A stretch of DNA of 64,000 nt from an uncultured virus (IMG/VR IMGVR_UViG_3300005573_000061) (IMGVR_UViG_3300005573_000061); one strand, 5' to 3'; counted from the stretch's first letter, positions 31,577-40,157 are shown. Numbers and translations: made by a program. Notes: generated by a model not told the origin, from the sequence alone.

Positions 31577-31761
31577 ACCATGACTACTCTAAACGAAATT
31601 CTTAAAGCAAGTTATAACGAGATTTATCCGCAAATCAAATGGATGCCAGCATATGCGGCGGAAAAGCGAGCGGGTCAATGGCTCGTACAAGATATCGCTC
31701 TTTGGAAAGAAAATAAGATTGATATTGCGAATGGTAAACTGATTCGCAAAAAGTAATACTT

Positions 31762-31833
31762 GCACCTGATTCTGACGGTTGAAGAGGTAGGTCTGCAAAA
31801 CCTGCTATGAGGGTTCGACTCCCTCCGGGTGCT
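31762..31833 (+). tRNA. tRNA-Cys(GCA)
   Basis: TAGGT-CTGCAAA-ACCTG; atypical D-arm. Confidence 0.75.
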
Positions 31834-31883
31834 CTCAAATTGACGGTTTCGAACCAGATTGGTAGTATGGATTTTGTAACTAT

Positions 31884-31958
31884 GTGGTAATAGCTCAACG
31901 GTAGAGCGCCGTCTTGCCAAGTCGGAGGCTGTGGGTTCGAATCCCATTTACCACTCCA
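31884..31958 (+). tRNA. tRNA-Gly(GCC)
   Basis: Cloverleaf, TCCA end. Confidence 0.88.
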
Positions 31959-31959
31959 T

Positions 31960-32030
31960 TCCCGGGTCGTCTAATGGTAAGACAAGTGACTGTTAATCAC
32001 TGAATGCGGGTCCGATTCCTGCCCTGGGAG
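31960..32030 (+). tRNA. tRNA-Asn(GTT)
   Basis: AGTGA-CTGTTAA-TCACT. Confidence 0.88.
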
Positions 32031-32232
32031 CTTTTGTACATTTAGAGTATTATGTGTATACTCTAGAGACTCCCACAAATTTTCTGAAGAAGTCGGTTTG
32101 AAGCTTCCGAAGATGGGGTACAATAGTTTTAGCGGCGGGGAAATCTCGCCCACACAGTTTCTTGACAACAGAATAGATTTGGCAGGGAAAGCCTCCAGAA
32201 ACAGGCTTGGCTAATAGGAGAGACTATTACAT

Positions 32233-32303
32233 AGGGATATCGTATAATGGTATTATGGGAGTCTCCAAAACTCACGATCGAGGTTCGATTCCTCGTGTCC
32301 CTG
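32233..32303 (+). tRNA. tRNA-Trp(CCA)
   Basis: GAGT-CTCCAAA-ACTC. Confidence 0.85.
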
Positions 32304-32317
32304 CGCTTTAAATACAC

Positions 32318-32389
32318 GCCCTTATAACTCAAAGGTTAGAGTAGCGGTCTTTTAAACCGAGAATCCGGGTTCGAGTCCTGGTGGGGGCA
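32318..32389 (+). tRNA. tRNA-Lys(TTT)
   Basis: CGGT-CTTTTAA-ACCG. Confidence 0.88.
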
Positions 32390-32390
32390 C

Positions 32391-32459
32391 GGGGAAAGAG
32401 CGGTTCGACTCCGCATCCTAGGTCAAAAATGATATTTAGTGTAACGGCAGCACGTCCCC
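32391..32459 (+). ncRNA. Circularly permuted tRNA-like element (YrlA/Y-RNA-like topology)
   Basis: GGGGA, T-arm GCGG-TTCGACT-CCGC, then D-arm TAGTGTAACGGCAGCAC, then TCCCC. Confidence 0.55.
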
Positions 32460-32508
32460 TGATTTTACCTCAAGCCGGGTCCCTTTCCTGGGACCGTTAG
32501 ACTGAGGC

Positions 32509-32692
32509 GCATGCCAGAGGGGAAAGAGTAATTCACTTAGTACCTTTGTGTTGAAGGAGCCTAGGACGCTAGGAATGAAGGGTAGACCGAGGAATCTAGG
32601 GTGCAAGTCCCTAGTCGGGTGTGATTAGAAAGCCCGATCCGCTAAAAGTTAAGCCCACCGGCAAACCTTGTAATTGCAAACACATGGCATGC
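32509..32692 (+). ncRNA. Candidate structured ncRNA
   Basis: Closing stem GCATGCCA/TGGCATGC with several internal hairpins. Confidence 0.5.
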
Positions 32693-32775
32693 TAAAATGT
32701 GGCGATGTAGTTTAAATAAAACACCCCCATCCGAGCGGGGAGATGCAGTAGATAATTTCTGGCGATCGCCTTTAT

Positions 32776-32850
32776 CCCCAAGTAGCTCAATCTGGTTAGA
32801 GCAGTGCCCTGATATGGCAAAGATTTGAGGTTCGAATCCTCTCTTGGGGA
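32776..32850 (+). tRNA. tRNA-Ile(GAT)
   Basis: TGCC-CTGATAT-GGCA. Confidence 0.85.
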
Positions 32851-32861
32851 CTAGCAACCAC

Positions 32862-32935
32862 GCCGGATTTGTATAATGGTATTACGCATTCGTGGTAAGA
32901 ATGAGAAATCAGTTCAATTCTGATATTCGGCTCCA
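32862..32935 (+). tRNA. tRNA-Thr(GGT)
   Basis: CATTC-GTGGTAA-GAATG, CCA end. Confidence 0.8.
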
Positions 32936-32937
32936 TT

Positions 32938-33009
32938 GGTTGGTTAGCTGAGATGGATTAGCGCATGCCTGAAGAGCTTGAGAGGCCGGTTCGATACCGA
33001 CACCAACCA
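32938..33009 (+). tRNA. tRNA-Phe(GAA)
   Basis: CTGAAGA loop. Confidence 0.8.
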
Positions 33010-33182
33010 CGTAATAGGGAGTTAGTACGGCGAAAGGGAGTATACGCCCAAAGTAAGCCCGAAAGCTCCCGGCGCTTCGATTCGCCGTGGGATAATAAGT
33101 AAGGTTCGCAACCCAACGAATTATCCCCATCTAGGATCGCAACCTGGATGCCCATTTTATAGGGGACGGCATTATAATTTAT

Positions 33183-33255
33183 TGGTCCCTGGTGTAATTG
33201 GCAACACGCTTGGCTCTGACCCAAGAAAGTCCAGGTTCGATCCCTGGGGGACCAG
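33183..33255 (+). tRNA. tRNA-Gln(CTG)
   Basis: CTTGG-CTCTGAC-CCAAG. Confidence 0.88.
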
Positions 33256-33260
33256 CTTTT

Positions 33261-33338
33261 GCTTCGTTGGTGGAATCTGGCTAACACGCTTGCCCCTCAA
33301 GCAAGAGATTACCGGTTCAAATCCGGTACGAGGTACCA
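33261..33338 (+). tRNA. tRNA-Glu(CTC)
   Basis: CTTGC-CCCTCAA-GCAAG, CCA end. Confidence 0.8.
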
Positions 33339-33339
33339 T

Positions 33340-33413
33340 GGTGGTATTGGTGTAGAGGTAGTCACACTTGACTGTGAATCAAGAGGAACCGGATCGTTAC
33401 CGGTATATCACCC
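33340..33413 (+). tRNA. tRNA-His(GTG)
   Basis: CTTGA-CTGTGAA-TCAAG. Confidence 0.85.
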
Positions 33414-33435
33414 TCAAAAAAAAGATTTTGTATAT

Positions 33436-33510
33436 GCTCGGTTGGTGAAATGGAAATCACGTAGGTCTACGAAACCTAAATTGAGGGTTCGAATCCCTTG
33501 CTGAGTACCA
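33436..33510 (+). tRNA. tRNA-Arg(ACG)
   Basis: TAGGT-CTACGAA-ACCTA, CCA end. Confidence 0.88.
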
Positions 33511-33519
33511 AATTTGCGT

Positions 33520-33594
33520 GCGGGTAAGGTGTTAAGGGATACACGATGGCCTTCCAAGTCATAGTTGCGGGATCGTTACCCGCTACCCGCTCCA
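33520..33594 (+). tRNA. tRNA-Gly(TCC)
   Basis: ATGGC-CTTCCAA-GTCAT, TCCA end. Confidence 0.85.
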
Positions 33595-33595
33595 T

Positions 33596-33720
33596 GCGAA
33601 CGTGCTGAAATTGGTAGACAGAAGCTAAAGTTACCCGCATTCCCTTAAAATGTTCTCTATAATTAGGCGGGTAGCTCGCTGGCCCTAGTAGCCGTGGAGG
33701 TTCGAATCCTCCCGTTCGCA
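33596..33720 (+). ncRNA. Leu-type tRNA body with a ~45-nt hairpin insertion in the anticodon arm
   Basis: Intact acceptor, D, variable and T arms; GTTACCCGC/GCGGGTAGC stem where the anticodon loop should be. Confidence 0.65.
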
Positions 33721-33758
33721 CTTGTTTAGGATCTTGATTTTAGGGGTAGAACATGCAT

Positions 33759-33929
33759 ATGAAGATGATGGGAAGGCTCGACAAGATCAGGTGGTGCTGT
33801 GACTACGACAACCCCGGTCGTCAGTCCAACGCTGGTCGCCTCGCTCCGAATTCGAAGAAGGCTCATCGCAAGGCGATGCGTCACTCTCTCCGTCAGGTCG
33901 AAAAGAAGTCCTGGCAGAACGAGGTTTAG
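33759..33929 (+). CDS. Small basic hypothetical protein (leaderless)
   Basis: 56 aa MKMMGRLDKIRWCCD...; promoter TTTAGG-16-TAGAAC-6-ATG. Confidence 0.6.
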   Translation: MKMMGRLDKIRWCCDYDNPGRQSNAGRLAPNSKKAHRKAMRHSLRQVEKKSWQNEV

Positions 33930-34064
33930 AATTATACTCGAAAGGGGTATAATTTAGATGTAGCAAGCCGAAGTAGAGCCGCTAACCCCGGTAATAGTCG
34001 CTTCGGTACCCCCTCCAATATCGGCCCACCGGATGGAGGAAACAGCGGCGACAGGTGGGACCTT

Positions 34065-34137
34065 GCCTAGGTAATCCAATGGAAGAGATAACAGTTTTAG
34101 AAACTGTACAGTGAGGGTTCGACCCCCTCTCTAGGCA
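34065..34137 (+). tRNA. tRNA-Leu(TAG)
   Basis: ACAGT-TTTAGAA-ACTGT, short variable loop. Confidence 0.82.
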
Positions 34138-34150
34138 CGTTGTAAATAAT

Positions 34151-34229
34151 GGTGGCGTAGCATAGTCTGGCCGGATGCGCTTGATTGTCAATCAAGAGAA
34201 CGTGGGTTCAAATCCCATCGTCACCGCCA
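34151..34229 (+). tRNA. tRNA-Asp(GTC)
   Basis: CTTGA-TTGTCAA-TCAAG, GCCA end. Confidence 0.88.
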
Positions 34230-34231
34230 AT

Positions 34232-34304
34232 GGGGAATTAGTGATAATGGCGAGCACGACTGTTTTGCACGCAGTAGGCAGGGGTTCGACTCCCCTATTC
34301 TCCA
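34232..34304 (+). tRNA. tRNA-Ala(TGC)
   Basis: TTTGCAC loop; G3:U70 pair. Confidence 0.88.
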
Positions 34305-34355
34305 CTCGAAATTCACATTCCAGTCCGCTATACTAAATTAACAAAAGGAGGGATA

Positions 34356-34850
34356 ATGTCTGGAATCTTACTTTTGAATGCAGATTTTACTCCACTCCGA
34401 GTTGTTAGTTTACAACGTGGGATTGGACTGATCGTAGGTGGCAAGGCAGACGTTGTTGAGGAGAGCGAAGACCCTCTTAGGGCCGCTCGTATGAGCATGA
34501 AGACCCCCACGGTTATTCGTTTGAAGAATTGGGTACAAATTCCTTACCGTGCTCGTATTCCTCTTAATCGTAAGGCTTTGGTAGCTCGGGATCGTGGTAA
34601 ATGTGCCTACTGTGATAAACAGGGTCACACTATAGACCACATAATTCCTCGCTCTAAAGGTGGTCAGCATACATGGGAAAACGTGGTACTTGCTTGTGGT
34701 AAATGTAACCAAAAGAAGGCTGATAAAACTCTTGATGAATTGGGATGGAGCCTAAAATTCACCCCGAAGCCGCCGAAAACTGTGGTATGGTTTTACTCTG
34801 GATCTAATGAGCTTCTGCAAGAAACATGGGATAAGTATCTTCCCGTATAA
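34356..34850 (+). CDS. HNH endonuclease
   Basis: RD..CAYC..TIDHIIPRSKGG..WENVVLACGKCNQKK. Confidence 0.92.
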   Translation: MSGILLLNADFTPLRVVSLQRGIGLIVGGKADVVEESEDPLRAARMSMKTPTVIRLKNWVQIPYRARIPLNRKALVARDRGKCAYCDKQGHTIDHIIPRSKGGQHTWENVVLACGKCNQKKADKTLDELGWSLKFTPKPPKTVVWFYSGSNELLQETWDKYLPV

Positions 34851-34890
34851 TCTATAGGTGCTGGGTAACACTTAAAACTACCCAAAACAT

Positions 34891-34961
34891 TGGAGAGTCG
34901 TCTAACGGCAGGACAGGAGACTTTGAATCTCTTAATGTGGGTTCGACCCCTACCTCTCCAG
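34891..34961 (+). tRNA. tRNA-Gln(TTG)
   Basis: GGAGA-CTTTGAA-TCTCT. Confidence 0.88.
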
Positions 34962-34968
34962 CTTTTGA

Positions 34969-35044
34969 TAAAATGTAGCTCAATGGACAGAGCACCGGAA
35001 TCCGAAGCCGGAGGACGAGGGTTCGAATCCCTTCATTTTAACCA
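34969..35044 (+). tRNA. tRNA with CCG anticodon (Arg, identity uncertain)
   Basis: Cloverleaf with AT-rich acceptor stem, ATCCGAA loop, CCA end. Confidence 0.65.
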
Positions 35045-35055
35045 ATAAATTTTTA

Positions 35056-35126
35056 CGGAATGTAGCACAATGGTAGGGCCTACGGTTTGGGACCGTAAGA
35101 CGAGAGTTCGATTCTCTCCATTCCGA
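35056..35126 (+). tRNA. tRNA-Pro(TGG)
   Basis: TACGG-TTTGGGA-CCGTA. Confidence 0.85.
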
Positions 35127-35142
35127 CTCTTTTGGATATCAT

Positions 35143-35213
35143 GCTCCTGTAGCTTAATGGTAGAGCAATTCGTTTACACCGAAAAGACCGGGGTTCGATT
35201 CCCTGTGGGAGTA
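35143..35213 (+). tRNA. tRNA-Val(TAC)
   Basis: TTCG-TTTACAC-CGAA. Confidence 0.85.
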
Positions 35214-35247
35214 CGGGTTAGAATAATCTAATAGATGGGAGAATGAA

Positions 35248-35481
35248 GTGGCAGTCACCGATATTGAGATTGTTCAAGATACTCAATTATCTAATGAAGA
35301 TTCTTTGGTTCATTATTGCTGCGCATCTCGTCCAGATTATCCAACTTTTTGCGGTTACCATAAAAATGGTCCTCTTGTCTCATACCCCGAAGTCAATTGT
35401 ATTGTTTGTATTGATATTCTAAATTCAACCGGTCCCTTTATGTGTCCTATAACCGGTATGACATGTACCTGTTCTGATTAA
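35248..35481 (+). CDS. Small Cys-rich hypothetical protein
   Basis: 77 aa with HYCC, FCG, CIVC motifs. Confidence 0.55.
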   Translation: MAVTDIEIVQDTQLSNEDSLVHYCCASRPDYPTFCGYHKNGPLVSYPEVNCIVCIDILNSTGPFMCPITGMTCTCSD

Positions 35482-35488
35482 ATCTTTG

Positions 35489-35562
35489 CCCTCTGTAAGC
35501 TAATGGTAAACGGGTTGACTCTTAATCAACTATTGTGGGTTCGATTCCCGCCAGAGGGACCA
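35489..35562 (+). tRNA. tRNA-Lys(CTT)
   Basis: GTTGA-CTCTTAA-TCAAC, CCA end. Confidence 0.85.
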
Positions 35563-35622
35563 TTTTCCAAATCTATTCTGTTTAAAAATCGATATATTTA
35601 CATAGTCATGCTATGATATTGT

Positions 35623-35992
35623 ATGGCTAATAAAAGGGATACTTGTCCCGGTTGCAATGGCACCAAAATGACCACCGCACTTTTATGTCGAAGATGTAGA
35701 TTTGCAACGAATTCTTCAAATAAAAAAATATGGAATTACTCCAGATGAATATGATGTAATGTTTGCAAAACAAGAAGGAAAATGTGCAGCTGGTAAGCAA
35801 GCAGAAACACACCGTAATCAATTCGGTATAGTTTCATTAGCTGTAGATCATGACCACCTAACGGGCGATGTCAGAGGATTGCTTTGTGGTCGCTGTAATC
35901 GATCCTTAGGTTTATTGCAAGATTCTGTCCGAAACATACAAGGTCTCCTAGAATATAGGAGCAAATTTAAGAAAAGAGGTGAGGCCCTATGA
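35623..35992 (+). pseudogene. Endonuclease VII-family (homing) nuclease, apparently frameshifted
   Basis: KYGIT..Y..Q.GKCA..VDHDH.TG.VRGLLC..CN..LG; the upstream CPGC/CRRC segment from ATG 35623 is one base out of frame. Confidence 0.7.
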
Positions 35993-36906
35993 CCACGTTA
36001 AATATTAATTTCGATCTGAATAAGACGAATTTCTCGGACGGTGCTAATTCCATCCGAGCATACGTGGCCGGTTAAGGTCCAATGAGGGGTTATCCCAACT
36101 TTAACCACCAAGCGTTCGAAGCGGCATCTGAATACTTCCGGAATGAGGGTTGGGAAATACGTTCTCCTGCTGAAAAGGATGTTGAAGAAGGTTTTGATGG
36201 AAACCTAGATAATTTTAGTATGCAAAAAGCTATGCAGTGGGACCTTGAAGCGGTCTTGTGGGCCACTCACATAATTCTTCTGCCGGGCTGGGGGAAGTCT
36301 CAGGGTGTAGCTATGGAATCTGCGGTTGCACGAGCTACTGGAAAAACACCGGTGCTTGTGTGGTTAGATGGTCCCCTGGGAAATCAAAAGGTGGATGATG
36401 TAGCTATTGTTTCATGGGAGGAAATTGATGCCGATTTTTCTTATCGGGTAACTTTGGATCTTAATCGTCTTTTAGGGATCAGTAATGCAGAGCATGAATC
36501 TATGATCGCTACAATTGATAGACCTCTTAGCACTGAAGAGCGCTCACCACTTACCAAGGCTTTGGGATTGGTTCATGGCGATCGTGGTGGAGTATACGGT
36601 CACCCAATTCATGATTTTACTCGTACGGCCAAGATTTGGTCTGGTATTCTTGGATCTGAGCCGACTCCTGAGCAGGTTGCTTTGTGCATGATAGGGGTCA
36701 AAATTTCTCGTCTGGTAAATTCGCCAGATCACAAGGATTCAGTGGTAGATATTGCTGGTTATGCTGAGACTTATCACATGATTTGTGAGCGTAGGGATGA
36801 AGAGGCGGCTGCGGCCGAGATTAACGAGATTATGAGTATGGCGAAGGATCTGGATCTACCAGTAGGCCAGTTTTGGTCGGGTTTAAATGACGATGAGGAT
36901 GGGTAG
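35989..36906 (+). CDS. DUF4406-like (nucleoside deoxyribosyltransferase fold) plus DUF6378-like fusion, with an in-frame stop near the start
   Basis: AYVAG*GPMRG.P.FN..AF, LLPGWGKSQG, then DR..YGHP..DF..V.LCM..VKISR..DS.VDIAGYA. Confidence 0.7.
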
Positions 36907-36915
36907 AATAACCGC

Positions 36916-37650
36916 ATGAAGATACTTGTTGCTGGAGATGTACATGGGAATGCGCATTTTATGCAGTATTTGGTTAAAAATGCGAGTAAAAATTCATGCG
37001 ATCGTATTCTCCAGGTCGGGGACTTCGGTATCTGGCCTGGACCCTCTGGGGTTAATTTTCTAGACGATACCCAGCGTATGCTTGATGATAATGGGTTGAC
37101 CCTGGATTTTATTGGAGGTAACCACGAAGATTATGATGAGTTAAATGCTCGTGTAGAGGCTAATGATTTAGATATTCGTTCGAATATTCATTATATTCCC
37201 AATGGTACTCGTTGGGAGTATGATGGTGTACGGTTTGGAGGAATTGGAGGAGCATTTTCTGTAGATTATATGTGGCGTACTCCAGGTCAATCTTGGTGGC
37301 CGCACGCTGAGGAGGCTCACGAGGAGGATGCGGACCGTTTGGGAGAATTCCCCTTGGATGTGTTTATTTGTCACGATACCCCCTATCCTGCTACAGAGCT
37401 TGCACATTTTAGGGTCGAGAAGACAATCGATGCTCGGTGTGAGCCAACACGAGATGTTTTAAGGAGAGCTATCCTTACTACAAATCCAAAGATTGTACTT
37501 CATGGTCATTGGCACAAGCGTTCAAGCTATACTTGGCACAATATTAGAATTGAGGCATTGGCCTGTGATCTTGATCATAACGGAAATGCTTGGGGTATTT
37601 TGGACACATCGGATTTAAGCTTTAGAGATGGATATAATGTACGAAATTAA
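36916..37650 (+). CDS. Calcineurin-like metallophosphoesterase
   Basis: GDVHG, QVGDFG, GGNHED, HGHWH. Confidence 0.9.
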   Translation: MKILVAGDVHGNAHFMQYLVKNASKNSCDRILQVGDFGIWPGPSGVNFLDDTQRMLDDNGLTLDFIGGNHEDYDELNARVEANDLDIRSNIHYIPNGTRWEYDGVRFGGIGGAFSVDYMWRTPGQSWWPHAEEAHEEDADRLGEFPLDVFICHDTPYPATELAHFRVEKTIDARCEPTRDVLRRAILTTNPKIVLHGHWHKRSSYTWHNIRIEALACDLDHNGNAWGILDTSDLSFRDGYNVRN

Positions 37651-37906
37651 GTACATCAATATGGGAAAGTACCAGGGTGGATATTGGTCACTTTCTCAAG
37701 ATGGTAAGGTCATCCGAAATATCGATGTAGCTCCTCAGCCAGGAGATAAGGAGCTTCAACTGGTCAAGCTGAAATTTCTGGCATTATATCAATGTGGTGA
37801 ATTAAACTGGATGAAGAAATCGGCTGCCTGTTATGTATCATTTTGAATTTATATGAGGTGCTACTGGACAGCAAACAAAAGGTCATGCTACATTAATTGA
37901 AGATTT

Positions 37907-37982
37907 TGCGGGAGGGTGAAACGGCTTCCACACTAGCCTCATAAGCTAGAGACATTCGGTTCAACTCCGATTCCCGCCACCA
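37907..37982 (+). tRNA. tRNA-Met(CAT), initiator-like 1:72 mismatch
   Basis: CTAGC-CTCATAA-GCTAG, CCA end. Confidence 0.78.
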
Positions 37983-37998
37983 ATTATAATCTAAATAT

Positions 37999-38078
37999 GG
38001 GTCGACTGGGTATTGGCGAACCCAAGAGTCTGTAAAACTCCCGTTAATTCTGTGGCAGTTCGAATCTGCCTCGGCCCA
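37999..38078 (+). tRNA. tRNA-Tyr(GTA)
   Basis: GAGT-CTGTAAA-ACTC, long variable region. Confidence 0.82.
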
Positions 38079-38104
38079 CCCCCTAAAATTGAAAGGATCA
38101 CCCA

Positions 38105-38356
38105 ATGGAGTTAGTTGATTTCACCCTTCCTCAGGACTCTACCTACACCATCAAATTTACCGAAAAAGAGCTTCGACATTTATATTCTCTCTTGTATGTT
38201 TTTGAGTGTCCTAAGAATGTCGGAAAAAATTATGCTGGTCATTATCTATTAAGAGGAGTAGAAGATATTCTTCCCGATGATGTTACATATCAGGTTAGAC
38301 AAATAGCTGATGATACTCTTTATGTGAGCGATAAAAACAAGATTCATTATCTATGA
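38105..38356 (+). CDS. Hypothetical protein
   Basis: 83-aa ORF with AAAGGA RBS. Confidence 0.55.
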   Translation: MELVDFTLPQDSTYTIKFTEKELRHLYSLLYVFECPKNVGKNYAGHYLLRGVEDILPDDVTYQVRQIADDTLYVSDKNKIHYL

Positions 38357-38660
38357 GATATCGCTCTAAGGCTGTCGAAATTGATGCTATCCGCTGGACC
38401 GGAGATAATTATGAGGATATAGTAGCATTTATTGTTATGTATACACATCCTCTCAAAGGTGATACTCGTATAAGGGATCTAGCTGAGGTTGATCCTACTA
38501 AAAAAATCTTACCTTGTGGGTAAAAAAATCAGATAAAAAAATATCTATCCGTCAGTGGGATTATATAATTGCGGAATCGGACGGAGATGGTGTGTATCCA
38601 TGCGTCCAAGAGAATTTCATACATAAATATGAGATTTTTATACGACCACCGGAGTGGTAA
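38353..38660 (+). pseudogene. Common phage protein split by a frameshift in an A7 run
   Basis: MRYRSKAVEIDAIRWTGDN... continues in another frame as WDYIIAE..GVYPC..F..KYE. Confidence 0.55.
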
Positions 38661-39406
38661 TGAATTTCGGACCTGAATATCATAAGATACAAGGTGTTTT
38701 TAAACGTACTAAAAATGGTGTCATCATACCATGGGACTATTCTCTGCCCGAATTTGGGTTACTAGAAAATACGGAATGGATTTGGACCGAAAAAGTCGAC
38801 GGGACTAACATTCGCCTACATTGGGATGGTAGCAACGTCACTATTGGAGGTCGTACCAATAAAGCTCAGCTACCAGCAGATTTGGTAAAAGTCTTGGAAA
38901 CTTGGACCAAGGGTGATTTCGGTCCTGAATTCTGGAAAGAGCGCTTTAGCGAAAATCGGGATGAGGCTAGCGTCACTCTCTATGGTGAGGGGTATGGGGC
39001 TGGTATCCAAAAGGTTGGTAATAGTTACCGCTCTGATAAAGGTTTTATTCTCTTTGATATCAAGGTGGATAAATATTGGCTAGAGCGTGACGCTGTTGAG
39101 GAAATCGCCAAGTCTTTCGGTTTTGATGTAGTGCCAGTCGCATTTTATGGAACCTTGATGGATTGCATTACAGATGTGTCTAAGATGGCACAATCTGTAC
39201 ATCTAGGAGAATGGTGGCACAGCCCCCGAGATCCATTTTCTCAAATCAATCTACCCCATAATAAGGCTTTTATTGAGGGATATGTCGGTACTCCTGTGGT
39301 ACAATTATTTAATCGCTATGGAGAGCGTATAATTACTAAAGTCAAGCTTAAGGATTGGTTTGATTATTACGAAAAGACGACTCCAAAAGTAGCCCATGGA
39401 TCGTAA
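38660..39406 (+). CDS. RNA ligase (Rnl2-like nucleotidyltransferase)
   Basis: Y.KI..F, WTEKVDGTN, LYGEGYG, FILFDI, EGYV, KVK. Confidence 0.85.
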   Translation: MNFGPEYHKIQGVFKRTKNGVIIPWDYSLPEFGLLENTEWIWTEKVDGTNIRLHWDGSNVTIGGRTNKAQLPADLVKVLETWTKGDFGPEFWKERFSENRDEASVTLYGEGYGAGIQKVGNSYRSDKGFILFDIKVDKYWLERDAVEEIAKSFGFDVVPVAFYGTLMDCITDVSKMAQSVHLGEWWHSPRDPFSQINLPHNKAFIEGYVGTPVVQLFNRYGERIITKVKLKDWFDYYEKTTPKVAHGS

Positions 39407-39490
39407 ACCGGACAGGCGCACCGGACCTATCTGCTAAATAGTGTGTGGCTTTATAAAAGCCATGGTTTTCGAGTAACCTGCGATCCGCCA
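39398..39490 (+). tRNA. tRNA-Ser(GCT)
   Basis: CTAT-CTGCTAA-ATAG, long variable arm, GCCA end. Confidence 0.8.
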
Positions 39491-39503
39491 AAAGGAGATT
39501 TAG

Positions 39504-39785
39504 GTGGCTACTGCTGAATATATGCGTCATGTACGCCAAACTAGAAGATCCGAATATTTTGCCGACAAGATGTGTAAGGAGTGTGGATCTAGGGAACAAC
39601 TAGAGCTAGATCATATAAAGCCTATACGCCGCCCAAATACTAAGCGTCCTGGTAATGGATGGATATGGACAGCTTCGGAGGAAAAGCGCAAAGCTGAATT
39701 GAAATTGTGCCAAGTTTTATGTCATTATTGTCATTTGAAGAAGACTAAAAAAGATTTATATCAGTTTAGGATTAGGAAAAAGTAG
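39504..39785 (+). CDS. HNH endonuclease
   Basis: CKECGS..LELDH..CQVLCHYCH. Confidence 0.85.
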   Translation: MATAEYMRHVRQTRRSEYFADKMCKECGSREQLELDHIKPIRRPNTKRPGNGWIWTASEEKRKAELKLCQVLCHYCHLKKTKKDLYQFRIRKK

Positions 39786-39795
39786 TTTTGATCTT

Positions 39796-39881
39796 GGGGT
39801 CATCCGCCCACGGTGAGGCAACCTGTCTTGAAAACAGGGATGGAGAGTGAAAGCTCGGGGGTTCAATTCCTCATGGCCCCG
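39796..39881 (+). tRNA. tRNA-Ser(TGA)
   Basis: CCTGT-CTTGAAA-ACAGG, long variable arm. Confidence 0.82.
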
Positions 39882-39934
39882 CCCATATGTTTAGGATCCT
39901 GATGGATGTGGTAGGATCTAGTTGAACAAATCAT

Positions 39935-40010
39935 GGCGCATCAGTTTCCAGGCTGGGAACGTCGGACTTTCAATCCGAAGGAGGGGGATCGTTACCCCCA
40001 TGCGCTACCA
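39935..40010 (+). tRNA. tRNA-Glu(TTC)
   Basis: TCGGA-CTTTCAA-TCCGA, CCA end. Confidence 0.8.
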
Positions 40011-40011
40011 A

Positions 40012-40084
40012 GCCTTTCGGTCCGGACGACTAAGCGAATCTTCTAAATTCGCTGCGCTGGGTTCGACTCCCAGGAGAGGCACCA
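40012..40084 (+). tRNA. Atypical tRNA-Arg(TCT) with extended anticodon stem and reduced D-arm
   Basis: AGCGAAT-CTTCTAA-ATTCGCT, T-arm, ACCA end. Confidence 0.7.
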
Positions 40085-40086
40085 AT

Positions 40087-40157
40087 CCTGCATTAGTTCA
40101 ACGGAAGAACGCTGGTTTCATACGCCAAGAATACTAGTTCGATTCTAGTATGCAGGA
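40087..40157 (+). tRNA. tRNA with CAT anticodon (Met or Ile2)
   Basis: TTCATAC loop, canonical D and T arms. Confidence 0.78.

Noticed and set aside
32701..32770. Degenerate tRNA-like sequence
   Set aside because: T-arm lacks consensus and no anticodon can be called confidently
31154..34191. Short ORFs overlapping the tRNA array
   Set aside because: Mostly antisense translations of tRNA genes
40012..40084. Possible amber suppressor or recoding signal
   Set aside because: The 7-nt loop centres on TCT, not CTA, and genes end normally at TAG/TGA/TAA
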